A stretch of 64,000 nucleotides of DNA, from positions 1,221 to 65,220 of the forward strand of contig CACONS010000003.1 of NCBI GenBank assembly GCA_902628645.1, given 5' to 3'. The position numbers and the translations under genes were made by a program. Below are positions 20,922 through 30,064 of the stretch, in pieces (the stretch's first letter is position 1; every line of letters starts with the position of its first letter). The notes under the pieces were generated by a model. The model saw only the letters and a program-made list of their open reading frames with translations, was not told where the DNA came from and did no database searches. This DNA is from an uncultured Alphaproteobacteria bacterium. GTDB lineage: Bacteria > Pseudomonadota > Alphaproteobacteria > HIMB59 > GCA-002718135.

Positions 20922-21860
20922 TTAAATTTTCTGAGCTACCCGAAGTTTTGCTGATCTAGATCTGGGATTTTCTAAAATCTCAGAAGCTGATGGCAATATT
21001 GGTTTTTTGGTGATTATTTTAAGTTGAGTTGCCAGTTTATCAGGTAACTCCGGGTAGTGGCGGGAGGAACGCCATCGTTTACCACTATTGTGGTTAAAAA
21101 AATCTTTCACAATTCTATCTTCTAGACTTTGGAAAGAAACTACTAAAATTAAACCATCTTTATTTAGAATATTTAAAGTTTTTTCTAGACTTGTCTTTAG
21201 TTCACTTAACTCATCATTCACATAAATTCTAATTGCCTGAAATGTTTTTGTAGCTGGATGAATCTTGTTTTTTAATTGATTCTTTTTAGGTAAACATTTT
21301 TTAATAATATTTGATAATTCTATAGTGTCACTTATAAATTTTATTTTTCTGTTTTTTACTATTTCTTTTGCAATAACTCTTGAATAACGTTCTTGTCCAT
21401 ATTGATAAATTATGTCAGCTAAATTTTTTTCTTCATACTTATTAATTATATCATAAGCATTTTTATCTGAAGAACCCATTCGCATATCAAGTGGTCCAGA
21501 TTTGTTGAATGAAAAACCTCTTTGCGCATTATCTATTTGATTTGAGCTTGTACCTATATCGAAAAGAATTATGTCAAATTTTTTATCTTTCAACTTGGTA
21601 TTATTTACTATTTCTTCAATTTTACTAAATTTATCATTTATTAGAGAAAAATTTGAAAATTTGGATTCTATTTCTTTTGCAAATATTTTTGAAATTGGAT
21701 CCCTATCTATTGCTAACAATTGATTTACATTAAATTTTTCTAGGATAGTTTTTGAATAGCCACCGCCACCAAAAGTTGCATCTATTACATTTATTGATTT
21801 TGTTAATGGTAGAAAGGATATTATTTCTTTAATCATTACTGACTTATGTAAATTCTCCAT
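20922..21860 (-). CDS. rsmH: 16S rRNA (cytosine1402-N4)-methyltransferase
   Basis: HKSVM, DATFGGGGYS, DIGTSSNQID, FQSLEDRIVK motifs. Confidence 0.93.
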   Translation of the reverse strand: MENLHKSVMIKEIISFLPLTKSINVIDATFGGGGYSKTILEKFNVNQLLAIDRDPISKIFAKEIESKFSNFSLINDKFSKIEEIVNNTKLKDKKFDIILFDIGTSSNQIDNAQRGFSFNKSGPLDMRMGSSDKNAYDIINKYEEKNLADIIYQYGQERYSRVIAKEIVKNRKIKFISDTIELSNIIKKCLPKKNQLKNKIHPATKTFQAIRIYVNDELSELKTSLEKTLNILNKDGLILVVSFQSLEDRIVKDFFNHNSGKRWRSSRHYPELPDKLATQLKIITKKPILPSASEILENPRSRSAKLRVAQKI

Positions 21861-21861
21861 A

Positions 21862-22323
21862 TTATTTTTGTTGTGTTAACATCATTCGTAATGATTTTTT
21901 TTCTTTTAAAAGACGCCTTCTTGAATCTTCAGTATTGTTAAGACCTTTTTTTGGCTCCCAAATTTGAAAATAATGGCCTTGACCAAAAAAAGCAGCTTCA
22001 GTTTTAATGTCAGCGTATAATTTTAATTCTTCAGGAATTAAGAATCTTCCCTCTTTATCAATGGTAGTTGTAATTATTTCTGAAAATATTGATGTTGAAA
22101 AATCATCATAATCCTCGGAAAAAAAATCTAAATTATTAATTCTTTTTGCGATTTCTTTTAATCGTGCAACTCCACAACCCTCAATAGATGGTGTTTTGAT
22201 AGATTTGTATAAAATAATTTCATTTCTATTAGCTTTAGGAAGAACATTTCTAAAGCTGGAAGGCAGAGAAACTCTTCCTTTCTTATCTATTTTGTTAATA
22301 TATTTAGATACAAATAAATCCAC
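21862..22323 (-). CDS. mraZ: transcriptional regulator MraZ
   Basis: Duplicated SpoVT/AbrB-like DxxGR motifs (DKKGRVSLP, DKEGRFLIP). GTG start gives MDLFVSKYINKID, matching the alphaproteobacterial MxLF N-terminus. Confidence 0.9.
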   Translation of the reverse strand: MDLFVSKYINKIDKKGRVSLPSSFRNVLPKANRNEIILYKSIKTPSIEGCGVARLKEIAKRINNLDFFSEDYDDFSTSIFSEIITTTIDKEGRFLIPEELKLYADIKTEAAFFGQGHYFQIWEPKKGLNNTEDSRRRLLKEKKSLRMMLTQQK

Positions 22324-22328
22324 ATATT

Positions 22329-22368
22329 ATGGGTTATCATGGGATTATATGGGCGTCAATGGGTATAT
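22329..22368 (-). promoter_or_regulatory. putative MraZ operator: four direct ATGGG repeats at exact 10-bp phase, enclosing a TATAAT -10 candidate
   Basis: ATGGG begins at 22329, 22339, 22349 and 22359 on the + strand (CCCAT on the mraZ sense strand). A perfect TATAAT lies on the minus strand at 22349..22344, between repeats. The array ends 5 nt upstream of the mraZ GTG. MraZ is known to bind phased TGGGN-type direct repeats at its own promoter. Confidence 0.55.
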
Positions 22369-22411
22369 GAAATAATGATAAATGTTCTTTATATGTTCTC
22401 TGTAAATATAA

Positions 22412-22746
22412 AGATGGTGCATAAGCCGGGTTCTGTAATTTAATAAAAATTGATGATCATTAATCTAGAACAAATGTTACCATTTGTTTCAAGCAGTCTA
22501 CCCGAATAGCTCAGCTGGAACTGATTGCCATTCCTATTTGACCTTGCTCCAAAAAGGGTTTGCAAAGCCTTTTTTGTTACCAAAAAAGCGGTAAGCTCTT
22601 ACCTTACCTTTTCACCCTTACCTTTTCAGGCGGTATATTTTCTGTTGCACTTTCCCTAAGCTTTCACTTGCCAGGTGTTACCTGGTTTTTTTTCCAGTGG
22701 AGCCCGGACTTTCCTCTTGATTACTCAAGCGATCATCGCACCATCT
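22412..22746 (-). ncRNA. rnpB: RNase P RNA, bacterial type A
   Basis: Minus strand reads AGAUGGUGC...GAGGAAAGUCCGGGCUCC (P4 5' half), CCAGGUAACACCUGG, AGUGCAACAGAAA, GGUAAGGGUGAAAAGGU..GGUAAGAGC, GGAGCAAGGUCAAAUAGG, GGGUAGACUGCUUGA, ACAGAACCCGGCUUAUGCACCAUCU. The P1 helix is closed by AGAUGGUGC/GCACCAUCU. About 335 nt. Confidence 0.93.
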
Positions 22747-22751
22747 AGTTT

Positions 22752-22780
22752 ATTAATAAATTTATTTAATTTTTGGTCAA
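22752..22780 (-). promoter_or_regulatory. candidate sigma-70 promoter of rnpB
   Basis: On the minus strand: TTGACC (22780..22775, formed by the Leu-Thr codons at the amidase C-terminus), a 17-nt spacer, then ATTAAT (22757..22752; TATTAAT with the preceding T). The mature rnpB 5' end (22746) lies 6 nt downstream of the -10. Confidence 0.4.
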
Positions 22781-23512
22781 CAAAAAATTAAAGAGGTGCT
22801 TAATTAAAGTATTATATATGGATTTACTGTTAGTTATGTCCTCTCTATTCAGATATCTAATTTTGTATGCTCTTATAAGTTTATTATAAAGTTTAACATT
22901 TTTATGTACTTCACGTGTATCATATCCAATTAATGATAAAGCTAAAATTATTTTCTGTTTTTTTGAGATTAAGTTATTATTATTAAACCATTTTTCCATA
23001 ATTTTTACTTCATTCTTTTTTAATTTTTTAAAACTCATTACTAATCTTGAAGAAGAGAGTGATTGCCATGGAAAGTGTTTACCAGGATCTTTTTTTCTAA
23101 AAGGGGCAATATCTGAATGTGCTAAAACATTATTTTTATTAATTTTGTAATTTTTTTGTAATTTAAAAATAAGTTTTTTTAATGAATAAATCATCTTTAA
23201 TGAAAATTTATTATTTTTTCCTCTCGGATTATAATCAAGCTCTATGCCTATAGAGACAGAGTTAATATCAATGATTTCTTGCCAAAATGCCTGTCCTGCA
23301 TGCCATGCCCTAAATTTATCTTTTACTAAGTTGTATATGGTTCCATTTTGTGAAATTAGATAATGTGAACTTACTTTTTTTTCCTTATTACATAAATATG
23401 AAATAGCGTCTAATGTGTCTTTCAAGGCTGTATAATGAATTATAATTAATTGTATTTTTGAATTATTTCTTAAATTATAATTTGGAGATTTGTATTTAGT
23501 TATATATTTCAT
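22766..23512 (-). CDS. N-acetylmuramoyl-L-alanine amidase (amidase_2 / AmpD-AmiD type) with C-terminal extension
   Basis: IIHYTA, SSHYLI..G.I, RAWHAG, NSVSIGIEL and AHSDIAP motifs of zinc amidase_2. Confidence 0.8.
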   Translation of the reverse strand: MKYITKYKSPNYNLRNNSKIQLIIIHYTALKDTLDAISYLCNKEKKVSSHYLISQNGTIYNLVKDKFRAWHAGQAFWQEIIDINSVSIGIELDYNPRGKNNKFSLKMIYSLKKLIFKLQKNYKINKNNVLAHSDIAPFRKKDPGKHFPWQSLSSSRLVMSFKKLKKNEVKIMEKWFNNNNLISKKQKIILALSLIGYDTREVHKNVKLYNKLIRAYKIRYLNREDITNSKSIYNTLIKHLFNFLLTKN

Positions 23513-23545
23513 TCAAATTTTTAAATTTAAATATATAAATAAATT

Positions 23546-24349
23546 ATGATAAAAAAAATTATCTGTCTAATATTATTATTTCTATGCATTAGTTGTTCTA
23601 GTAATAACAATTCAAATATTGAAAAAAATAAGAATTTATTAAGTGAGCCAGAAACACTATATAAAGTAGCCAAAATAAATTTTGATGCACAAAACTTTGA
23701 ATTAGCAAGGGAACAATTCAAAGAGATAAGCAAACTATTTCCATTATCTAATGAAGCAATCCAATCAGAAATAATGATTGCGTTTATTGATTATGTCCAG
23801 ATGAATTACGATAATGCAATTATAAACTATAAAAAGATAATCAATAAATACCCATCTCACAAAGATTTGGATTATATTTATTATATGATAGCAATGTGTA
23901 ATTATGAACAGCTTCAAAATGCAGCATTAGATGGATTTTATAATGATCTTGCATTAAGTTCTTTTGATCAAGTTATTAAAAGATTTCCAAATAGTAAATA
24001 CTCAAAAGATAGTCGACAAAAAATTATATTAGTTAAATCAAATATAGCAGCAAAACATATGGAAATAGGAAGATTTTATTTAGATAATAAAAAATATGTT
24101 CCAGCATTAAATAGATTTAAAATAGTTGTAGATAAATTCTCAATGACTAAATTTACCCCTGAGGCGTTACACAGAATGGTAGAGGCTTATTATGAAATGG
24201 GTATGTATGAGGATAGCTATAATACAGCTGCATTACTTGGATATAATTATCCTGAATCTAAATGGTATAAATATAGTTATAACTTAGTTGAGCAAATTGA
24301 TGGAGAAGAAACATTCTTAAAAAAAATTAGAAATTTTTTTGATGAATAA
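23546..24349 (+). CDS. bamD: outer membrane protein assembly factor BamD (TPR lipoprotein)
   Basis: Signal peptide ending LFLCISCSS (Cys-containing lipobox-like). TPR-like repeats and the YxxA...RFP.S.Y..DA pattern typical of YfiO/BamD. Confidence 0.78.
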   Translation: MIKKIICLILLFLCISCSSNNNSNIEKNKNLLSEPETLYKVAKINFDAQNFELAREQFKEISKLFPLSNEAIQSEIMIAFIDYVQMNYDNAIINYKKIINKYPSHKDLDYIYYMIAMCNYEQLQNAALDGFYNDLALSSFDQVIKRFPNSKYSKDSRQKIILVKSNIAAKHMEIGRFYLDNKKYVPALNRFKIVVDKFSMTKFTPEALHRMVEAYYEMGMYEDSYNTAALLGYNYPESKWYKYSYNLVEQIDGEETFLKKIRNFFDE

Positions 24350-26354
24350 AGAAAAGATAATTTTAAAAAGATTGAAAGAGCTCGCTGATTTAATCAAAAA
24401 ACATAACTATAACTATCACACTTTAGATAGACCTAAAATAACTGATAAAGAATTTGATAAGTTAGTTAAAGAAAATGATACTTTAGAAAAAAAATATCCA
24501 AGTTTAATTTTAAAGGATAGCCCAAACAAAAATTATGGTAGTAAAATAAAAGATAATTTTAAAAAAATAAAACACAACTCACAAATGTACTCACTTGCCA
24601 ATGCATTTGATAATAATGATATAAAAGAGTTTATAAAACGTTCAGTGAAATTTTTAAAATTAGATAATGATAATGATTTTCAATATATTTGTGAACCGAA
24701 AATCGATGGATTATCTTTAAATCTTGTCTATAAAAATGGAAATTTAATATCTGCTGGTACAAGAGGAGATGGATTAATAGGAGAAGATGTTACTGAAAAT
24801 ATTTTGAATATAAAAAATATTCCATCAAAGTTAAAAAAAGACTTTCCAGACTTTATAGAAATTAGAGGAGAGGTATTCTTAAATAAGAGTGATTTTGAAA
24901 AACTTAATTCTAAGTTGGAAAATAAATCTAAATTTGCAAATCCAAGGAATGCTGCAGCTGGTAGCCTAAGACAACTTGATATTTCTATTAGTCATAGTAG
25001 ACCACTTAAATTTATACCTCACGGTTTAGGTAGATGCTCAAATAATTTTGATAAAATTGAAAATTATTATGAGCAACTTAAAAAATGGAACATTGCTCCA
25101 AATAATTTAATCAAAAAATGTCAATCTGTTGAAGAAATTATAAAATTTTATAATCAAATAGATCAAAAACGCTCAGGTATTGATTATGATATTGATGGAT
25201 TAGTCGTAAAAATAAATAGTTTTAAACTACAAGAAAGATTAGGTTATGTTGGAAAAAACCCAAGATGGGCAGTTGCCGTAAAGTTTTCTGCTGAAAAAGC
25301 TAATACTATAATTCAATCTGTTGATTTCCAAGTTGGGAGAACTGGTGCAATAACCCCTGTAGCTAGATTGCAACCTGTTAATTTAGGTGGTGTAATTATA
25401 TCCAATGCTTCTTTACATAATTTTGATGAAATAGATAAAAAAAAAATAAATGTTTTAGATCTTGTTGAAATTGAAAGAGCAGGAGATGTTATTCCATATG
25501 TTACTAGATTAGTTAAAAAAAATAGTAAATTAAATACTAAAATAAAACCTCCTAGAAATTGCCCTATCTGTAGAAGTAATGTTATAAAAGAAAAAGATGA
25601 AGCAATACTAAGGTGCACAAATACATATGGTTGTAATTCACAAAAAATAGGGAGAATAATTCATTTCATCAGTAAAAAAAGTTTAAATATTGATGGATTT
25701 GGTGAAAAACAAGTTAAACAATTATTTAATTTAAAATATATAAATAAAGTGGAAGATGTATTCAATCTTGAAAAGTTTGAATCAGAAATAATTAAGTTAG
25801 ATGGATGGGGTAAATTATCTTTTACTAATTTAATTAATTCTATTAATAATTCAAAAAAAATATCACTTGATAAATTTATTTATTCACTTGGCATTAGATT
25901 TATTGGAGAAGTTAATGCTGAAATTTTAGCAAACGAGTTTAAAACATTAGATGTATTTATTTCATCCTCAAATAATACAAGCTTGTTAGAAAATATTGAC
26001 GGTTTAGGGCCAAAAGCAATTTCTTCAATTATAGATTTTTTTTCAAAAGATATAAATAAGGAAACTATTAAAAAATTAAAAAATTATTTATCAATTACCT
26101 TTATAAAGAGTGAAACATTAGATAATTTTTTTTCAAATAAGCATTTAGTTTTTACTGGTACTTTATCTGAATTATCAAGAGACGAAGCAAAGTACTTAGC
26201 AAAAACTAAAGGAGCAAAAATATTGTCTAGTATCAGTAAAAAAACAGATTTTCTCATTGCTGGAGAAAAGGCAGGTTCAAAAATAAATAAGGCAACACAA
26301 TTAGGAATTAAAATTTTAAATGAAAAAGAATTCCTTGAAAAAATTAATCTATAA
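24339..26354 (+). CDS. ligA: NAD-dependent DNA ligase
   Basis: Adenylation motif CEPKIDGLS, OB fold, Cys4 zinc finger (CPICRS...C..C), HhH and a C-terminal BRCT domain (FTGTL...R.EA). Confidence 0.95.
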   Translation: MMNKEKIILKRLKELADLIKKHNYNYHTLDRPKITDKEFDKLVKENDTLEKKYPSLILKDSPNKNYGSKIKDNFKKIKHNSQMYSLANAFDNNDIKEFIKRSVKFLKLDNDNDFQYICEPKIDGLSLNLVYKNGNLISAGTRGDGLIGEDVTENILNIKNIPSKLKKDFPDFIEIRGEVFLNKSDFEKLNSKLENKSKFANPRNAAAGSLRQLDISISHSRPLKFIPHGLGRCSNNFDKIENYYEQLKKWNIAPNNLIKKCQSVEEIIKFYNQIDQKRSGIDYDIDGLVVKINSFKLQERLGYVGKNPRWAVAVKFSAEKANTIIQSVDFQVGRTGAITPVARLQPVNLGGVIISNASLHNFDEIDKKKINVLDLVEIERAGDVIPYVTRLVKKNSKLNTKIKPPRNCPICRSNVIKEKDEAILRCTNTYGCNSQKIGRIIHFISKKSLNIDGFGEKQVKQLFNLKYINKVEDVFNLEKFESEIIKLDGWGKLSFTNLINSINNSKKISLDKFIYSLGIRFIGEVNAEILANEFKTLDVFISSSNNTSLLENIDGLGPKAISSIIDFFSKDINKETIKKLKNYLSITFIKSETLDNFFSNKHLVFTGTLSELSRDEAKYLAKTKGAKILSSISKKTDFLIAGEKAGSKINKATQLGIKILNEKEFLEKINL

Positions 26355-28572
26355 TTTTCAAAAACTTCAAATATACCTTTTTTAAAGAAGTGTTCTCAAA
26401 ATCAATCAAAGCTTTATCACCATCTAGTTTTATAATTTTTCCATTTCCAAATTTTTGATGATAGACATTTTTTCCTTTAGAAACATCTACTTCATATTCA
26501 AAATCCTGATTAAAATCCCAATCAATATTATTTTTTTTTGAGTTTTCTAATAGTCTTCTTCTTCCTGGGGTAATAATTTCTTCACTAAATGAGTCACTTT
26601 CTAAAAAATTATCTAAAAAGTTATTATCTTGAATGTATTTGGAATCGTTTATCTCCACTTTATCTTCTGGAAGTTCGCTTATAAATCTTGATGGTAAATT
26701 ATAATCATGTGATGCAAAAGAATATCTATTTTGATTTACGTATGTAATATAAATTTTTTTTCTTGCTCTTGTTAATGCAACATAAGCCAGCCTTCTTTCT
26801 TCTTCTAATCCCTGATTGCCTGACTCCTCTATTGATCTTTGACTCGGAAAAACTCCTTCTTCCCAACCAGCTAGAAAAACATAATCAAACTCTAATCCTT
26901 TAGCAGCATGCATTGTCATAAGAGTTATTGTTTCTTCAGAAGTATTTGTTATATTTTCCATGACCAAAGACACATGCTCCAAAAAACCTTCTATGTTTTC
27001 AAATTCTTTTAAACTTTCTATAAATTCATTTAAATTGTCTATTCTCGATAAACTGTCAGGTTTGTTTGAGTTCTCTTCCTCTTTTTTTAAGTAATCTAAA
27101 TAACCAGAGTCTTCTATTATTACTTTAGCTAATTCAATATGATCAAATTTCTTCTTAACCTTTTGCCATTTTAAAATATTATCAGTAAAATTATATAATT
27201 CTCCCCTTGCTTTAGAATTACCCTTAAATGTCAACTGTTGTGCAGATTCAAAAAGAGAAATATTATTCATTCTTGCATAGCTACTAATTTTACTAACTGT
27301 AGATTTTCCTATTCCTCTTTTAGGTACGTTGATTATTCTTTCAAAAGCTAAATCGTCAGATAGATTATTTGTTAATCTTAAATAAGCAATTATATCTTTA
27401 ATTTCTTTTCTTTCATAAAATCGTAATCCTCCAATTATTTTATAAGGAAGTCCAAGATTGATTAATCTTTCTTCAAAAGACCTAGTATGTGCAGCAACAC
27501 GAAACAAAATTGATATCTCGCTTAAATTTTTTTTCTCTTTTATTATATTTTCTATTTTGTCTGTTACAAAAATAGATTCTTCTTTTGTTTCCCAAAATCC
27601 ATTAATTGTAATTTTTTCACCGATCTGATTTTTACTCCATAATTCTTTTCCATATCTTCCTTTATTTTTTGCAATAAGAGTTGATGCACAGCTTAATATA
27701 TTTCTTGTCGATCGATAATTTTGTTCTAATCTTATTATTGTTACATTCTCAAAGTTTTTTTCAAAATTCAATAGATTTGTAACATCTGCTCCTCTCCAAG
27801 AATAAATTGATTGATCATCGTCACCAACACAACATATATTTTTGTTTCCTTTATATAAATATTGAATCCACTGTTGTTGTATGGGGTTAATATCTTGGTA
27901 TTCATCTACATGAATATATTTAAAAATGTTTTGATATTTTGATAATATATTATTATTTTTTTGAAAAATTTTTATACAAAATAAAATTAAATCACCAAAG
28001 TCAACGGTATTTAATCTAAGAAGTTCAGACTGATAGATACTGTATATTTTTCGAATTTCTTTATCATTTTTCCGATATTTATTTTCACTCAATTCATTAG
28101 GGCTTATTCCTTTATTTTTTAAATTATCTATAGCTGATAAATAATATTTAGGTGAGGTTTCTTTTGTATCTATTTTTTCTATTTCACAAATATTTTTTAT
28201 TAATTTTAATTGATCATCTACATCAATAATTAAAAAATTTTTTCTTAATCCTACTTCCTCATAATGTTGTCTTAATATTCTTAGTGATAAAGAGTGAAAT
28301 GTTCCTACCCACATATTATCAATCGGAAAATTTAATGCATCTCCGATTCGTGACTTCATTTCGCTTGCGGCTTTATTTGTAAAAGTAACTGCTAGAATTT
28401 GCCTAGGAGTGGCAAGTTTTTTAATTAATATATTTAAGATTCTGAAGGTTAATACCCTAGTTTTTCCACTTCCAGCACCCGCTAAAACAAGAAGAGATCC
28501 ATTCGTTTGTTGTACAGCACTTCTTTGCTCTTTATTCAATAAATCAAGATAATTTTGCGAATTTTCTGTCAT
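26344..28572 (-). CDS. uvrD: UvrD/Rep/PcrA-family SF1 DNA helicase
   Basis: Walker A AGAGSGKT, VDEYQDIN, QNYRS, TMHAAKGLEF, YVALTRARK and a C-terminal Tudor-like tail. The exact orthologue (UvrD vs Rep) was not resolved. Confidence 0.85.
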   Translation of the reverse strand: MTENSQNYLDLLNKEQRSAVQQTNGSLLVLAGAGSGKTRVLTFRILNILIKKLATPRQILAVTFTNKAASEMKSRIGDALNFPIDNMWVGTFHSLSLRILRQHYEEVGLRKNFLIIDVDDQLKLIKNICEIEKIDTKETSPKYYLSAIDNLKNKGISPNELSENKYRKNDKEIRKIYSIYQSELLRLNTVDFGDLILFCIKIFQKNNNILSKYQNIFKYIHVDEYQDINPIQQQWIQYLYKGNKNICCVGDDDQSIYSWRGADVTNLLNFEKNFENVTIIRLEQNYRSTRNILSCASTLIAKNKGRYGKELWSKNQIGEKITINGFWETKEESIFVTDKIENIIKEKKNLSEISILFRVAAHTRSFEERLINLGLPYKIIGGLRFYERKEIKDIIAYLRLTNNLSDDLAFERIINVPKRGIGKSTVSKISSYARMNNISLFESAQQLTFKGNSKARGELYNFTDNILKWQKVKKKFDHIELAKVIIEDSGYLDYLKKEEENSNKPDSLSRIDNLNEFIESLKEFENIEGFLEHVSLVMENITNTSEETITLMTMHAAKGLEFDYVFLAGWEEGVFPSQRSIEESGNQGLEEERRLAYVALTRARKKIYITYVNQNRYSFASHDYNLPSRFISELPEDKVEINDSKYIQDNNFLDNFLESDSFSEEIITPGRRRLLENSKKNNIDWDFNQDFEYEVDVSKGKNVYHQKFGNGKIIKLDGDKALIDFENTSLKKVYLKFLKIID

Positions 28573-28577
28573 TTTTT

Positions 28578-28586
28578 TGCTATAAT
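28578..28586 (+). promoter_or_regulatory. candidate extended -10 promoter element for mlaA
   Basis: TGCTATAAT (TGnTATAAT) 66 nt upstream of the mlaA ATG. TATAAT-like strings are frequent in this AT-rich DNA, so support is weak. Confidence 0.3.
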
Positions 28587-28651
28587 AGAGATATATATAA
28601 TGTAATTTATAAACTATATTAAATAATAGTTTAGATATTAGTGATTAGTCT

Positions 28652-29437
28652 ATGAGTAAAAAAATTATAATTCTATTTTTTCTATTTTTTAGTTTACTGT
28701 CGTATAAGGTAGTTGCTAGCGAGGCTGATCAGGTAAATACTGATTCTGAGGATTTTGAAACAACCACTTTAGAAGATGAAATATATGATCCTTTTGAACC
28801 AGTAAATAGAGCTATATTTAGCTTTAATAATGTAGCTGATAGAATTGTTTTAGAACCAATTGCAAAAGGCTACAAGAAATTACCTTCTCCAATACAAAGT
28901 GGAATAAATAATTTTTTAAGTAATTTAAGAGCACCATTAGTTGTTGTTAATCAATTATTACAGGGTCAAGGTGAAAATGCTATTCAATCTACAGGGAGAT
29001 TTTTTGTAAATAGCACTGTAGGTGTTTTTGGCCTGATTGATGTTGCTGAAAAAATAGGACTTGAGGAAAAAGAAGAGGATTATGGACAGACTCTTGCTAC
29101 TTGGGGTGTTGGAGATGGTTTTTATATTGTTCTTCCTTTGTTTGGACCTTCAAACCTTAGAGATACATCAGGAATGGTATTAACGATGTTAACAGATCCA
29201 ATTAATGCATATGCAGTAAGTGAAGGAGAAGCCTGGCTGGTGCCAATGAGGACTGCAGTTAATGCTGTCGATACAAGATCGCAAATAATTGATGAAGTTA
29301 ATGCATTAAGAGATAATTCAGTTGATTATTATGCAGCAGTAAGAAGTTCTTACTATCAAAATCGAAAGGCAGCAATTAATAATGTGGATGACTCAGAATT
29401 AACACCTCTACCTCTTATTAGCATTGAATTTGAATAA
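28652..29437 (+). CDS. mlaA: MlaA/VacJ family outer-membrane lipid asymmetry protein
   Basis: DPFEPVNRAIF.FN, NNFL.NL..P....N.LLQG and FGLID motifs. The N-terminal signal peptide has no cysteine. Confidence 0.85.
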   Translation: MSKKIIILFFLFFSLLSYKVVASEADQVNTDSEDFETTTLEDEIYDPFEPVNRAIFSFNNVADRIVLEPIAKGYKKLPSPIQSGINNFLSNLRAPLVVVNQLLQGQGENAIQSTGRFFVNSTVGVFGLIDVAEKIGLEEKEEDYGQTLATWGVGDGFYIVLPLFGPSNLRDTSGMVLTMLTDPINAYAVSEGEAWLVPMRTAVNAVDTRSQIIDEVNALRDNSVDYYAAVRSSYYQNRKAAINNVDDSELTPLPLISIEFE

Positions 29438-30039
29438 TGAAGTTCAAGTTAATTACAATTTTTTTTATAATCTTTATTTCAAAAAATTTATATTCTGGTG
29501 AAAGTTCAGAATGGCTAAAAAGAGAAATAGATATTATTCTTGAAGCTTATAAAAATCAAAATCTCTCAAATGAAAACAGATTTCTTCTAATTGAAAAAAC
29601 AATAAATAATAATTTTGCAGGTACAGGTATTGCTAAATTTGTTGCAGGAGAAGCTTGGAAAAAATCAGATAAAAATACAAAAAAGATCTACATCGATAAT
29701 TTTAAAAGACATTTAGCTTTAAATATAGCTTCAATGATGCAAGGGTATTCTGAACAAACTTATGAATTAACAAAATCAAAGTATGATCAAAAAAATCAAG
29801 TTACTCTTATTGATATGGAGATCTTTTCAGATACTGGTTCAGTTGTTGTAACATGGAGGGTAAAAGAATCAAAAGATAGATTTTTTGTTATTGATTTAAT
29901 TGTTGCTGATATTTCACTAGTAGTAACAAAAAGATCAGAGTTTAACTCAATGTTAAAAAAAGTTGATAATGATCTTTCAAAATTTAATGAAGTTTTATTT
30001 GATCAAAATCAAATAAGTTATCAAAAAATTACTGAATAA
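29437..30039 (+). CDS. mlaC: MlaC / Ttg2D-family periplasmic phospholipid-binding protein
   Basis: Signal peptide, size and pattern (F......A.FV.G..W) of the toluene-tolerance Ttg2D family. ATGA-type coupling to mlaA. Confidence 0.7.
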   Translation: MKFKLITIFFIIFISKNLYSGESSEWLKREIDIILEAYKNQNLSNENRFLLIEKTINNNFAGTGIAKFVAGEAWKKSDKNTKKIYIDNFKRHLALNIASMMQGYSEQTYELTKSKYDQKNQVTLIDMEIFSDTGSVVVTWRVKESKDRFFVIDLIVADISLVVTKRSEFNSMLKKVDNDLSKFNEVLFDQNQISYQKITE

Positions 30040-30064
30040 AATCATATAAAATTCTTATTTGTAA

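Noticed and set aside
22344-22359. TTGACG plus TATAAT on the mraZ strand as a complete promoter
   Set aside because: The two hexamers are only 4 nt apart, so they cannot act as a -35/-10 pair. I retained only the TATAAT as a -10 candidate.
22560-22748. 62-aa plus-strand ORF
   Set aside because: It lies entirely within, and antisense to, the RNase P RNA gene. The open frame exists only because of the locally higher GC content.
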